Part shown: positions 12,401-26,729 of the stretch, one piece after another
Layout of the letters: each line of letters opens with the position of its first letter
Numbering within the stretch: position 1 is the first letter of the stretch
Assembly (NCBI GenBank): GCA_034780895.1
Contig: JAUZTB010000066.1
Span: 10,272,186 to 10,336,185 of the forward strand
Reading direction: 5' to 3'
Origin: Rhynchobatus australiae
Taxonomy: Eukaryota
Length of the DNA stretch: 64,000 bases
Program-made: the position numbers and the translations under genes
The notes under the pieces: model-generated
What the model saw: only the letters and a program-made list of their open reading frames with translations
Databases searched by the model: none
What the model was told of the DNA's origin: nothing

Positions 12401-14524
12401 CTAAACTATTCCTTTATCCTCATTATTCAGTAACCTGCAGTTTTTTTTAATCCCAGTTGGCAAATTTTTTCTGTATTTCCTTCTTTGTTTTTTTGAAAAG
12501 AGTACCTTTGCATGCACTGTATTGTGCTGAGAATGATAATGTACGAGGTAACCACATGAATTAAGTATTTGACCAGCAGCTTACATATCGGGAGTTCAAT
12601 CCTACCTCAGCAACCTGTGAAGATTTTTGGCTGAGCACTCAAATGAATTGCTCCCCCTCCTCATGGTAAATGGCAAAATACAAGAATTAATGTGAACTAG
12701 AGTCCTAGAGGAGTGCCTTAAAGCTGCTGAGCCAACCTCAGTTGCAGAGTATTGGCATGCATGATAAGCAAAGATATAGAGCATTACAGAAGTGGAAGAG
12801 AGGAGGGATGTTGTAAGACATTGGGAGGATGGAGCAGGTAGATGCAGCACCCATGGAAGAATGCCTTCTTGTGAAAATTATAACACTATTTAAATACAGT
12901 GCAAAGTGGAGCTCCAACACGACAAACAAGAATAGGCAACGTAGTTAGATTATGAATACTTAAACATAGAATTATTAAGTGCTGTTTCAATTCAAGTGCA
13001 ATAGAAGGAACAAAAGCACAATGCATGGCCCAATTCTATTCCACTTACCAATGAACAGATTGCAAGGACACTTCAAGGTTTAAATAACAGATAACCACAA
13101 TTGCAGCCTGCAGCGAGATGGCTTTACTTTTTCTGCCACTCTCACTCAGTCTGGGGATATGATATCATGACTCCATTCCTTTCATTGATTGGATAAGTAG
13201 TTATCTTGCAAGGCATTCAACTGTATGAAGGGAGAGTCTCGACAGCTTGCACAGCATGCAGCCTGATCGAATTCAATTGCACAGTGAGATAATGATGCCA
13301 TCAGTCGCATGGAAATCTGATGGTGTATCAAGGCCTTCAGCAGTTTTTCTCCCCCACACCCTGTATATATGTCTTGTCAAAAAGTTGAGATGTATAGTCC
13401 TCTTGCTTTTAAAAGTACTAAGTGTTGGAAGATGGGGGTCAAAGAAGAACAGGGCCCCCTCCATTCTCCCAACCCCACCTTCTACCCATTGCATCAACAC
13501 TGAGGGCAATGGATGGATAATTTAAATCTCAAAAGAGCAAGGGAATCTGCAAATCTTGGAGAGGAAGGGCCTGTTATAGTTAATCACCATTTGGTTCAAT
13601 TAACAATGCATAAGTGATTTGTGCATCATTTTTAAAAGGAGTTAACTCCATTTAATTAGTGCACAGAGATTTTACACAATTAAACAGTGCAATGCTTTGA
13701 ACAGCACACTCTGACTAAATTAAATCCTGCTAAATTAAAGGACCCTTCTAAATAAAAATCTGGCTGGAAAAGTGGCCCTGGGGCTCAGTTCTGAGCCATG
13801 ATACAATACAGTCCACCTTTGGAGACTAATCAGAGATTCATTCAGCAATGAAAGAAAATATACAATTTATCATCAGTTCCTTCCTTTTGTCTGCTCAGGG
13901 TGAAGGGTCTCTTAAGTCCTAATTATCCTCAGGAATTTAGGCTCTTCTACCAAGTCTTTGGCTACTTGACATACCCCATTTCCTTATGACCTTCACTTTT
14001 GGCTGGGCACTAGTTCATCTCTATGACAAGGAATCTCCAGGCACAGTAATATCCAAAAAGAATGACACAGCTCCTTGCCAGAACCAACTCTGCTCTGTTA
14101 CGCAGCAAATAATAAATAATCAAACATCCTCAGCATGCTTTACTCCTTTTCTGCAGTAGCTCCAAGATTAAGCTATCAGAGCTGCCATTAGCCAATGACA
14201 CAACTCACAATGTTATTGATTTAAAAGATGCAAACGTCACTGCCAAGGCCAGCATTGACTGCCTATTCCTATTGCCCTCAAGAAGGTACCAGTGAGCAGT
14301 CTTCTACAACTGAGGGATTTGTAAGCCATTTTAGAAGGCAGTTAAGAATCAACCACTTTACTGTGGATTGGAGTCACACACAGGCTAAACAGCATATTTG
14401 TTGTCTCTGATCTAATGGGTTTTTAATGACAGTGGTTTTTAAGCTTTTTAAAGATTATTTAATTTGTGTAATTTAAATTCCAGAATTGCCATGGGTGGGA
14501 TTTTAAACGAATCTTCAGATCACA

Positions 14525-14990
14525 AGGATATTTACAAGGATGCTGCCTGGAATGCAGAGCATGTCTTATGAAAGCAGGTTGAGGGAACTCGGCCTTTACT
14601 CCTTGGAGCAATAGAGGATGAGGGGGGACCTGATAGAGGTGTGTAAGGTGATGAGAGGTATTGATTGGGTAGATAGTTAGAGGCTTTTCTCCAGGGCTGA
14701 AATGGTGGCCACAAGAGGACATAGTTTAAGGTGCTGGGGAGTAGATATAGACGAGACGTCAGGGGTAAGTTTTTTTTACTCAGAGTGGTGAATGCCCAGA
14801 ATGGGCTGCCGGCAACGGTGGAGGAGGCAGATACGACAGGGTCTTTTAAGAGACTGTTGGATAGGTACATGGAGCTGAGAAAAATAGAGGGTTATGGGTA
14901 AGCCTAGTAATTTATAGGGTAGGAGCATGTTCGGCACAGCTTTGTGGGCCAAAGGGCCTGAATTGTGCTGTAGTTTTTCTATGTTTCTAT
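14525..14990 (+). mobile_element. Well-preserved CR1 3' fragment inserted in a family-B SINE (-, about 14235-15045)
   Basis: FTRMLPG..SYESRLRELGLYSLEQ*RMRGDLIEVCKVMRGID..FFTQSGE-like coding; tail gggccaaagggcctgaattgtgctgtagtttttctatgtttctat. Confidence 0.9.
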
Positions 14991-15409
14991 CATTAGCAAA
15001 AGACCTCTGTATTACTAGCCCAGTGATTTAACCATGATACTACCATTCCTAATTTGAGCAGGAAGTGTTCGAAGTATTGAGAATTTTTCAGTACAACACC
15101 CTGCTGGATTTACATCCTTTTGACTACTCAAATTAACACGATTGTAGGAAGAAAGCATTTCAGTGGTAAATGATTCCTCATCCAGATTTCATTCAGGAAG
15201 CACTGAAGACCCAATTAGACTTTAGGAAGGGAGGGAGGGAGAGGGGACAAGTATCCCAGACTGCAGCCTTAAGTGTAAGATGAAGATGATTAATATGAGT
15301 TAAGGTCATAAAGACGTTACTTGTGAATTTACTTATTGCACTACATTCTAGGAGTATGATCTGGAATCTTTCCTACCATGTTATTGGGCTTTCAACATCA
15401 ACATATTAG

Positions 15410-15720
15410 ACATGGTTTCAGACATTCCCTTTGTTCTTTCCGCTCCTCTTCCTTCTCTGCAACTTAAAAACATGNNNNNNNNNNNNNNNNNNNNNNNNNN
15501 NNNNNNNNNNNNNNNNNNNNNNNNNNNNNNNNNNNNNNNNNNNNNNNNNNNNNNNNNNNNNNNNNNNNNNNNNNCATGTCTGTTTTCTCACTTTTCCTAG
15601 TTTCAATGCAGATCATTGACCTAAAACATTAATTCTCTTTCTCTCTCCACAGATGCTGCCTGACCTGCTGAGTATTTCCAGTTTTTTTGATTTTCAGCAT
15701 CTGCATTTTTTTTTGCTTTT
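15410..15720 (+). mobile_element. Penelope-like element terminal (pLTR-type) repeat
   Basis: ctctctccacagatgctgcctgacctgctgagtatttccag...cagcatctgca is the reverse complement of the terminus of the Penelope copy at 54270. Confidence 0.7.
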
Positions 15721-15964
15721 CAACTTGGTTTTGTTATCCTGAGTTCACACTACTGTAGGAAGAACAGTAAGAGGTTAGAGAAGTTGGAGTTATAGTCCAT
15801 GTCTTTGATGGAAGAAACATTGGTAAAATGTTCAGCATGGGATGAAAACTCTCTCTCACCAGCTCAGGTATCTTTGTAAAGATCTCCCCTCTTCTGAGTA
15901 TCTCTGCCTACTTGAGAAGGTGCATTGCAAACACTGGATTCTGCAGTCATATATTGATCATTTT

Positions 15965-16340
15965 TAACATATTTGTTCACAGGATGTGAACCTCATTGGA
16001 AATACCAGGATTAGTTGTTCATCCCCGATTGTCTCTGAACTGAGAGGCTGGTGGGCCTGGAGTCACATATAGGCCAGGTCATACAAGCAAAGCATATTTC
16101 CTTCCCTGGAGAACATTAGTGAACCAGATGGGTTTTTATAATACAGTAATTTCATGGTTACTGAGACTATAATATAGTAATTTCATGGTTACTGAAACTA
16201 TCATTTTAAATTCTAGTTTTTTTAAAAAATTAACTTCAATTAATGCTCCAGCTGCAATGGTGGGATTTGAATTAACATCTCTGGATCAAGGGTCAAGACT
16301 TCTGACTGCAAACCCACTAGACTACCACACTGTACAGCAT
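15965..16340 (-). mobile_element. Family-B SINE containing a 31-bp tandem duplication (16140-16201)
   Basis: ttccttccctggagaacattagtgaaccagatgggttttt core and ggtgggatttgaa head; the unit aata(c/t)agtaatttcatggttactga(g/a)actat occurs twice. Confidence 0.7.
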
Positions 16341-16844
16341 GCCATAACATTCAGACATTTTCACTGTTCACACTTGAAAAAGAAATCACATCCTTCTTTG
16401 AAAAACTATATTTTAAAGCTCTTAAAAATGAGAAACAATGACTAATATTATCCAATTTGTCCACAGTATTGCAATCTCCGGCAAAAAAAACAGTGCAGGC
16501 ACTTCGGCTGGTGACCGTGCAAATGTTTTTTTTTCTTGTTAAAAATATTTCTGGTGAGAAAGTTAATTTGTGAGAAACAATGAACACAGGGAACTGTCAC
16601 AACAACATACATGATGACCTTCCACACTGAGGCCAGAAGAACACGCCATATGGTTGGTAGCAGAACATTTAAAGGCACTCATTGGGGGAAGTTGTANNNN
16701 NNNNNNNNNNNNNNNNNNNNNNNNNNNNNNNNNNNNNNNNNNNNNNNNNNNNNNNNNNNNNNNNNNNNNNNNNNNNNNNNNNNNNNNNNNNNNNNNNNNN
16801 NNNNNNNNNCAGTACTGTGTACAGTTTTGATCTGCTTATTTATG

Positions 16845-17320
16845 GAGCAATATACACAAACTGGAGGCATTTCTGAGGAGATTTGTTTCTTGGGATAAAG
16901 GGCTGTCTTATGAGGTAAGATTGAGCAGGTTGAGCCTATATCCTTTGTAGTTTAGAAGAAAGAAAGCTTCTTGAAACTTCCTAGGCCTCGAGGGAGCTCA
17001 ACAGGGTAGGTGCTTAGATGATGTTTCCTCTCATGAGGAATCTAAAATTAGGGTTATAGTTTCCTTACACTCATGCAAGAATAATGAGAGGATTTTTTCT
17101 CTCTCAAAAGGGCTGTGATTCTTTGGAATTCACTATCGCATAGAGCTGTGGAGTCTAAATCATTGAATATATTCAAGATTTTTGATCAAAAGAGAGGTCA
17201 AGTGTTAAGGAGAACAAGTAGGAGAGTGGAGCTGAGGCCAAGGCCAGATCATCTATGATCTTATTCAATGATAGGAGGCGACCCGAGGGGCCTTATGGCC
17301 CATTTCTACTTCTACTTCCT
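16845..17320 (+). mobile_element. CR1-type 3' fragment, degenerate
   Basis: tcttatgagg..ttgagcaggttgagcct..tttagaaga..ctttggaattc..agagctgtggag..gatcttattcaatg..atggcccatttct. Confidence 0.7.
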
Positions 17321-17977
17321 AAGTTCCAGCAACATTTATGGATTAGCAGATGGATGCCTAGCACAATGTCCATACTGCCATTGTAGTTGTAGTTGGTTGA
17401 CAAAGATGCAAATGGGAATCTTGAAGGTCCACATGTAAAACTGCAATTTTGAAGTGAGATATGCAAGCCAAGAACTGGGTCCATGCACTAAGAAAATCTT
17501 GCATTTATATAGCAGACTTTAATGAACTAAACAAAATTTAACACAAAGAGACCACATAACATTAAATTTAAGGAGTTTCTTGAAGGAAGGAGGTAAAGAG
17601 ACAGAGAGATTTAGAGAGTAAATTTCAGGGTCTAAGCCTGGAGACATAAAATCTGGAATGATCAAGAGGCTGGGTACAGAGAGTCCTGCTTAGCAATTGT
17701 ACTCTGGGCATTTCTGGTGCACTAAATGGGTGCTGCATTTAGCACTTACACCAAATCAGAAGTCACAAAACCGGGAAAGCATTATTGTGATTAATTCCCA
17801 AGAGACATTAAAACCTGCCCAATGGCATTTTACAGCCTGTGCACTTTAGTAATTTGAAAATGTGAAATCTCGACGATAGAAAAACACTGACAAAAGCTTA
17901 TATGACACACTCAATCCTCTGTTGCCTCAATACTACACTCCTTTGGCCCCTGTTGGTTGCTCACCCCCTTCCTACAG

Positions 17978-18290
17978 TACATAAGAACATAAGAAATAGA
18001 AGCAGGAGTAGCCCATCGAGCCTGCTCCGCCACCCAATAAGATCATGGCTGATCTGGCCGTAGACTCAGACCCACCTACCTGCCTTTTCTCCATAACCCT
18101 TAATTCCCTCACTATGCAAAAAGATATCTATGACTGAAATATGTTTAACGAGGTAGCCTCTACTGTTTCCCTGGGCAGAGAATTCTACAGATTCGCTGCT
18201 CTTTGAGAAAAGCAGTTTTTCCTCATCTCCGTCCTAAATCTACTTCCCCAAATCTTGAGGCCTATGTCCCTTGGTTCTAGTCTCACCTAC
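17978..18290 (-). mobile_element. CR1-type 3' fragment
   Basis: acataagaacataagaaatagaagcaggagta..cccatcgagcctgctccgcc..gatcatggctgatct is the reverse-complement CR1 tail. Confidence 0.85.
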
Positions 18291-21200
18291 AACATGGAAT
18301 CAGGAATGGCTGACTCAGGAGGCCATTCAGCCCAACAAATATTTGCTGGTCCCTAGCAGAGCAATGTCACTGGTCACATTTTATTGCCCTTCCCCCACAG
18401 CTATTCTAATTTTTTCTCCCATGCTTCTGTAATTCCCTTCCTACCGTTGAGATATCACTTTTTCAAATTACAAAAGTGACAATTAAGTGAAGCAAAGCAA
18501 GCTGATGAATTCAGCCAAATACAAAGGACTTCATCAAAGATGTCATAGTGCAGCACAAATCAGAGCTATCAACAGTGCTTGGCAAATTGGGGTACCTCAG
18601 GCCAAGAAAAAGTGGTTGCTAATGGCTTTGTTTTATCCAAGGGGTTTGTGGAAAGTGGTTGCAAAGATTTTGAAAAGGGAGGAAAACAATCCCAAAAAAT
18701 TAGCACATCAATACAGGCCTTCTCACCACGTTATAGAATTTAAAGACATTCATGAAAATTTAACAGCACACATCACATTTGCTCCCATTCAGTCACAGCA
18801 GACACTGCTCAGCCACGGGACTCCGCACCCAGACAGTTCCTCTCGAACAGACAGCAGGTCATAAAAATTTTACGTTTTTTTCCCCCCCAAATGTTCACAC
18901 TTAACATGAAGGTCACGTCCTCTACGTGATAATTATGACATTTTCATTGCACTTGGAAAACAGAAACAATCCTTTAATAGCATTCAATTTGTCATCTGTT
19001 TTGATGACTCCTGTAAGAAGACACAGAGCAGTACAAGCAACTGGTGACTACCTGTCAATGTGTCCCCTACAACTGAACATGTCTTGTCACACTGTTCATC
19101 CCTCTAGATATCTGCATTCCTCCAGTTCTGCCCTCCTGAGTCGTCCTAATTTTAATTGTCCCACTGTTCTCACCAACTTAGTTGCAAGGCCCCCANNNNN
19201 NNNNNNNNNNNNNNNNNNNNNNNNNNNNNNNNNNNNNNNNNNNNNNNNNNNNNNNNNNNNNNNNNNNNNNNNNNNNNNNNNNNNNNNNNNNNNNNNNNNN
19301 NNNNNNNNNNNNNNNNNNNNNNNNNNNNNNNNNNNNNNNNNNNNNNNNNNNNNNNNNNNNNNNNNNNNNNNNNNNNNNNNNNNNNNNNNNNNNNNNNNNN
19401 NNNNNNNNNNNNNNNNNNNNNNNNNNNNNNNNNNNNNNNNNNNNNNNNNNNNNNNNNNNNNNNNNNNNNNNNNNNNNNNNNNNNNNNNNNNNNNNNNNNN
19501 NNNNNNNNNNNNNNNNNNNNNNNCTCACTTGCCTTTCACTGTTGCTTTCAATTCATCATAAGGAGATGCCTCTCCTTACCCAAGGGATTCAAGCACAGTG
19601 TTTCCACACACTGTGCCCTCAGGATCGTAGAACACTCGTACCCCACTCAGCATTGGCCCACAGACTGCTGATTCATTATAGCACTCTTTGTCCTCCAGTC
19701 AGAGTACTTACAGGTATAAATATTTATAAAACAAACGATACCCGCTCAGGCTGCATGCTGTTATATCAAGGACCTAGGCACAAATATCTACCTTCCACAG
19801 GCTCAATGTGGAAAGTCTGCTTGGATGTCCAGTCATGTTCATTCAAAAGAGCAATCACTGGATTTCTGGGCATTGATAAAATTAAGAGACAATGCTAGAA
19901 AATGGCTCTGCGGTAGATGATCAGTCATGATCTTAATGAACGGTGGGGCAGGCTAGAAGGGCTGGATCCACTCCTGCTCCTATTCTTACATTCTGACTGC
20001 CTGGTTCAGTCCTGCCAGTGGCTTGATGTAAATGTGGTCCTGGCAAGCATCGTTCAGTATTGGAGATTGCCTTTAATGTTTGTTCAGCGTATATATTCGG
20101 AGAAAAAGAGATACTATGCACAAGTTGAGGAAGAGCAGAGGTCTGGGTTCTCATACCGCTTTGGCCAACACTAACAGATGAGCCATCACCACCCAAGCCG
20201 ATTACCTAGTCACTCATCATATAACTCTCTATGGGATCTTTCAGTGAGAAAACTGGCTCCCTTGCAGCTATTTGACAGAATTCATTGCCTGAGGAGTTCT
20301 GGATATGTCTTGAATTTATACAGGACACTACGGAAACTTTCTTAATGAACATATATGGCTGTTTCTGAAGTATCTTCACTGTTCCCCATTAGTTCTTCAA
20401 TGTGAAGCAATTGCACTGAAAATCTGCCCTTTTGCTTTCTGCAAGCAAACGTGTTGAATTCGCAGACAGACTTCTTTCATTGCAACTGAATTACTTCAAT
20501 TGAGTGCTGGTTGTGGGTCTGTGCCTTAGAACACTCTCCGCTGACTGTCGGCAAAAGGACCTGAATGCAGCCCAGACCCCTGGGATGATGACATTCTTTC
20601 TTTGAAGGATGCTAATATCTTTTTAGTTCCTCATGGATAAGACTCTGTTGTATAGAGAGCCATCATTCAGGTATGTAATTGACAATAAATTGGTACTTGC
20701 ACTCAGAAAGGGAAACAAAGACCATTAAGGAACATATTCTCAATTAGTGGAAAGTCTTATACTTGACCTTTAAAAAGCTCTGTTGATCCTACACGATTTC
20801 AAAGTGACAGCTATGTAACCCTGTACCTCGGGGGTAGGGAATCTTTGCCTTTGTCTCAATATGTTGCTTCTGTTAAAACCTATTATACAACTTACACACT
20901 AGTTTTGCGCTCAGTAGATGTAAAATTAACAATGATTTTAATTTTAAATCACTTTGGACAGGGACAACCCTGACAAGGTATCCTTATTTTATTATTTATT
21001 CCTCAGTCACGTTGTCCCAAGGCCAGTGAGGGTCAAACATATAGTGGGAAACTGGAGTCCACACAGGTCAGACTGGATAAGACAGGCATGTTCCTTTTCC
21101 TAAAGGATATTACTGAACCTGTTAATTTTTTAAACCATCATCTGGCCACTTTCATGTAGTTTTTGTTTCCTTCTCCTCTCCTGCAGCAACAAGATTTGTT

Positions 21201-21559
21201 ATNNNNCACATATGAAATTTTGCAGGGAGATCATAATCGATTTTGGACCAACAATGGAAGACTCAGTAGGATGTGCCTTGAGCAGGCAGTCTGAAAAACC
21301 TCATTTTCTCTCTCTCTACCAAATCTTAACAGATCTATCAACAACATCTGAACTCTCAACCTCTTTAACATAACCACCTGTGAGCTTTCCCCTCATTTTA
21401 CATTGATCTTGCTGAAGCCTAATACAAAAGCTTATTTGTGCTTTAGCTCATCTTTCAGAGACATGCTTCAGTAAATTATTTTGCTATGAATGTTATTCGA
21501 GTGAATGCCACAGAACATAGGGTCCAACTCATCTGTTGTTTGGATGGTCATTTTGTTGA

Positions 21560-22150
21560 TCTTGATTATAGAGCCAGGATGTATATAGTCATGGCATGTC
21601 AGTGAGGCACATTGTCATAGGTATCACATTGTTCTCCCTTCACATTGTGCCAAGGAATCTTCAACACCAATCTCATTCATCAGGCCAACAGAAGAACAGC
21701 ATCTCCACAAAACACAGCTCTCTCTCTCATTGCCACACTATAACCAGGTGTGGGAATATACATTTACAGATTTTAAAGTGGCCCCCTCTTAATCTTTATG
21801 GGGTGAACATGTGTTCATGGGCCCATTATCCCTTAGTAATTTTTGTTTAGGTGGGTATTTGGGGGAGAGACATGTTCCTGCTTGACCCTCTCTCGCGTTT
21901 GTACCTGTGCACAGCTGGGTTATAGAAATTAATTTTGGAGGATAAATTTGTCTTTGGGCTTCACGGGGCAGGGAATCAGGGATGGTTGTAGTGGCATTGG
22001 CTGGCAGATACACTTGCTTCTGCATATTGGATTCCATTGATTTCAAACATCTGGAGGAGAATATAGCTGGCAATCAATATTCTCGTAGGCATTTAGTACA
22101 GATGAACTTTTCTCCCTTTGGACCTTGGGTATGGATGCAAAACAAGTGGC
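21560..22150 (-). mobile_element. Highly degenerate RTE-clade LINE fragment
   Basis: Minus-strand pieces RCLKSM.., PKYPPKQKLL..HKD..TLK..W resemble the RTE C-terminus (RCLR.IL; RLPKQ.LYGEL..RYKD.LK). Confidence 0.4.
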
Positions 22151-25100
22151 ATAGGATTAATTACAATTAGGAACAGGAGAGATTAATAATGAGCAAGTGA
22201 TTCAATGTCATCCATTTTGGACTCAGGGTCTATATGGCTTCCTACAGTCGGTCATGGAGTGGGGATTGGGTCTACAGACATCTGATCTAAATGTGAGAGG
22301 CTTGCAACTAAGTCACAAGAACAGACCAAGGAATTAACCATTAGGGCTCTGAAAGAAATGAGAAAAAAAACCTTCACACACAATGCTACACATTAGAAAT
22401 GCTAACATTAATCATAACAGAACAAGAAAGATCATGATTTGAAGAAATCAGCAAAATAAATCTTCACAATAAGATGTAATGTTTTAGGCAAAAAACCACA
22501 AGGGAAAGTGGGTGTAGCAAACATCAAATTCTGATGATTAATGGATCGTAAATGTACAAATGAAATTGGAATCCATCTGGTGCTAAATGCATTCCAGCCA
22601 TTCATTTTTCCCTTAGAACAATGAATCTCCATTTCAGTTTATTTAGCACTCCATGGATTCCAATTTCAGTGTACATTTGCACTAATGATTAAAGATGAAA
22701 AGTGTAGCTTATTTCCTCTTCTCAGTCAAACAATCTTACACCTGAACCGCAGGCCATTCTGCCACCTCAGGTGAGATCAATTTGCTCCATGTTTAACTCC
22801 ACACTGGGCAGCTGCTCTTACCACTGAACCACTGGTTAACTGGTTAACAGTAGCAAACACAGCAATATAAACAATAACCGGTCAGATAGGATTTTGATTT
22901 GTTTTGGCAGAGTGCTGTAGGAGAGATCCATCGGCTATTGAAATAATAAAAATTTGTTTGCTGAGCAATTTTCACTTGTTATATTACAAGATACTGCAGA
23001 ATCATGCTGGTAGATAAACCTTAAGTCACAGAACAGCCAAACCATTGAGGAGTTGTCTGTGTGAGTGAATGAAGCCTCAGTGAACTGTCACTAATACATT
23101 CAATTTGATTCAATAGCACATGCTTTTTCTTACTTGACTGCAGGCATAAGAAACATCACTCAGCTCGGAATAATATAACTGAACACCCAGCATCTATGTG
23201 GCCATGGCTAGGTCCTCTCTGTAAAGGCCTACTTACATTTATCTTGAACGGTAATAAATAACACATATTGTACAATGCCTCCAAACAAGTGGGAGATGAA
23301 CATCGCCAACATTTACCATGTGTGTATTACAGAATCTTNNNNNNNNNNNNNNNNNNNNNNNNNNNNNNNNNNNNNNNNNNNNNNNNNNNNNNNNNNNNNN
23401 NNNNNNNNNNNNNNNNNNNNNNNNNNNNNNNNNNNNNNATTACAGAATCTTTCTCAACCATGAAATAAGGTACATAATATTCTTTACTATGTATTATCCT
23501 TTGTATCTGTGTGGGAAAGAGATGGCATCATTTACAGTGACTTTTAGAAATGCATGTCTTTTAAAAACTATCCATGCACATGCATTTGCTCATCCCAAAT
23601 CTCTGGACTGGAACTTGAGCATAGAGTTGACAGGCTCCAGAGGTGAAAGTGCTATCAACTGAGTAATTATTGACAGGATGAAATCAGGTTTCCACAGATT
23701 TGTGATGGCAGCCGGTGATTAAACCTGAGCCAACTGATGCCCAAGAAAAGGCAGAGGGAAGTGAACACATTCCTAATGGGAAAGCTGTAGTTCCTCATCT
23801 TTGTCAGCATTTGGCTAATTGGTACAGTATTGCGTTCCCAGATGTCCTGTTAGACTGATGGAGCCAAGCAATCTAATCAGATATAGAAGACATGAATAGC
23901 ACAAAAGACAGAAGAGAGACAAAAAGAAAAGCAGCAATCCTTTGTGGTGCTAAACCTGATTCAGGTTGAAGGAATTGTTGAAGGGATGTCTTAATCACAA
24001 ATGCTAAAGCATTGCACAATCATGACTATTACAAAGATGGGAATAAATAACGTCATGATTTCAGCACCAAATTAGCATCAAGATAAGCAAGCTAATTCCA
24101 CAGCAAGGCTCTATGAACTTATTAAAGAATGAATCAAAATGCCAGTTAATAAAGAGTTTGCCAACCACTGCCTCTGTGCTCTAGTGACCTTAGAATATAA
24201 TCACAAAGATTCACAATAAGCTTCCAGCATTAACAGACACCACATTGTCCATCTCAAGAGCATTAGAGGAAAAGACAATATAGTACAGGATGGGTCAATG
24301 GAAGCCACTGGTGTTCTTCTGCAGCAACCTCAAGTTGGTGTTAGGTTGTCTTGGAAAAGGACCTGGCACTGATTTGATAATACCTAACTAACTGGCACCT
24401 CATTAGCAACCAAGTGGTCTTCTTAAGTTTCCATGTCCACTTTTAGCTAGTTGGGCCATTTTGCTTCACTTTAGATGTGCCCTCCTACTCATGCTCTGCA
24501 GTGATTTTTGGTGGGAGGTAGGGAAAATTAGTTGGTAGGTGTGGTGCTTATTCCACGTGGAGATATGGTCCTAGTGACTACTAACAACTGTTTATTCAAG
24601 CAAATTAGAACTAAATAACTGGTAACTACACTTTTCCCATTCAACCATAGTTTTGATGTAGGGATAAGAATTAGTGTTAGTCTCTCAGCCCCAGCTAGGT
24701 TATTGGGTTAGGAATACTTGAACTGATGCACCACAATGTATGTTCAAAAATAAATGCTTAATTACAATAATTGAAGTGAGTACGCTTTAGGGACCTCTGT
24801 GGGTTTTCGGAAGGCCAGAAAATTTTGCTCTTTTTGCTGTTTAAGGAAATGAGCTGAACTTTTGGTTAATTCTTCCTAATGATTCACAATTTAAAGTTCT
24901 GCTCAATTAACAACCTTTGGTCTTCTCATTGGTACCAAATATTAGTTAATAATAACCAATATATATTCATTTGTGCTAGACACTATGGAAACAACATCCT
25001 ATTCCTAATATTGTCCAAGACACACCAGGAGAACCACATAAACACAAATGAGTCAAGGATATGGGGAGGGAGAAATTTCTCTTCACTTCAGCTTTATCCT

Positions 25101-26729
25101 GAGACTATGACTTTCTAGCCCAAAGAAACAAGAACCATGACTGCACGAGATCAACTACTTCAAAATAAAGGCTTAATCTTACTGTCTTGGAGAGATTTCC
25201 TTTCAGTGTCAGCTTGTATCAAGCTTGATAAGTCTTGTAAGTCTTGGCAGTACTCTCACTTCTGTGCCAAGGGATCCAATAAAATCCTAGCCCCTTTCCA
25301 AGATCTTGTCTGACATATTAGGGCATTACTGAGGGTGTGCTATGTTGTAAGGTTATGTGTCTGTGTTTGTAGCAAGGGCATGTTAAGTCTAGAAACCAGA
25401 TCATGGTCTCTGATTGTCTTGGACCTTCTTGCCACTGGACAAAATCTCTCTTTCTCAAACCTGTGTGCTCGCTGGTGTGCTAAGCTATCATTTGTTAATG
25501 GAAATCATCAACACTCCTCAGTGGAAGCAGGCCATCCTTGATCCCAAGGGACTGTCTAAGAAAAAGCAGCAGCAAAGTTGTGAGATGATATCTTCCAAAT
25601 GGGAAGCAAAACCCAAGGACCATTTGCTTATCACAGCTACCCTGGATATAAACCCCTAAGATGCACATTTCTTCAATTCAATTATACTCTTTGCAGACAA
25701 ATTATCTAAGGTTTTTCCCCATAGTGACCACACTTGGGGAAGTTGAGTAGTGGTGGGCAGTTCAGACATTCTAGCAGCTTTAAAAGTAGAGTTTCTTTAG
25801 TTTATTTTTCTACCCTTGATGGTGTGGCTTCCATGTGGGAAAACAGTCATAAAATTGGCCTTAAGATACCTTCAAAGTTAATGTGCCACATGCTCTACCA
25901 AAGAAGACTAATGGAATAAATTAAAATTAGGAAATGAAATATAGGGAAAGCTCGAAATCCAAAGGAAGCCACCAATAATCCTGAATGTTCACCAGTGGCC
26001 TCACTCCAGGGAAGGAGGAATCCAGTGGAGCACTGGAAGTTCTGGGTTTCACTGTCAAAGGATAGGATTACACAAATGAATCAACTTGTGATTCACGTTC
26101 ACTAATAAAAGCACTGTTATGTTTCTGGCATAAGAATGTATTCTGTTTCAAAAATAAAAAGGCAAATATGAATGAATTGTGCATTGAATTCATGTGATGT
26201 ATGCATACTAAATATAACAATGCATGCTTTGAGTGACTTTTTAATTGAGTTGAATTGATCAAACCTAAATTCTTGCAAGGAACAGCATATCAGAAAAGTG
26301 TACTGCATATTGTGCAGTCATGTAGATAAAACAACAGCAGCAATTAATGTCACAAGATATTTTTTAATCCCAGATTTTTTTTGCCTTCCCCTTGTTTTCA
26401 AAAAGCAATTTAAAAGTTACAAATTCCCCTGATGGCCTGTGGTGTGTTACCAGAGTGCAAACCTAGCCAGGGACAGCGATTGGCTATTGCACAAGGGGAC
26501 CATCACAATCAAAGTCAATTCTTATACTCCAATATAAGTTACCTTAATTAAACCACAAAAACCCTGTCCAATCGTTTTCTATTCCAATGCAATTCAAGCC
26601 AATTGTAGCAACTATCACTGCCACCTTATGGTCAACGCAGAAGTGGAGGGAGTAGGAAGATTATCAGAACTCCACCCAATATACTTTATGTTACTGTATT
26701 TAATATGTTTCAGTTCAACAAAAACTCAT

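Noticed and set aside
13049-13107. Minus-strand 59-nt segment with ctgcag| and |gtaagt as LHFPL7-like exon 2
   Set aside because: AAIVVICYLNLEVSLQSVH does not match the expected TM2 region, it is too short, and the polypyrimidine tract is poor.
25217-25230. Perfect 14-bp palindrome TATCAAGCTTGATA
   Set aside because: A few palindromes of this length are expected by chance in 64 kb.
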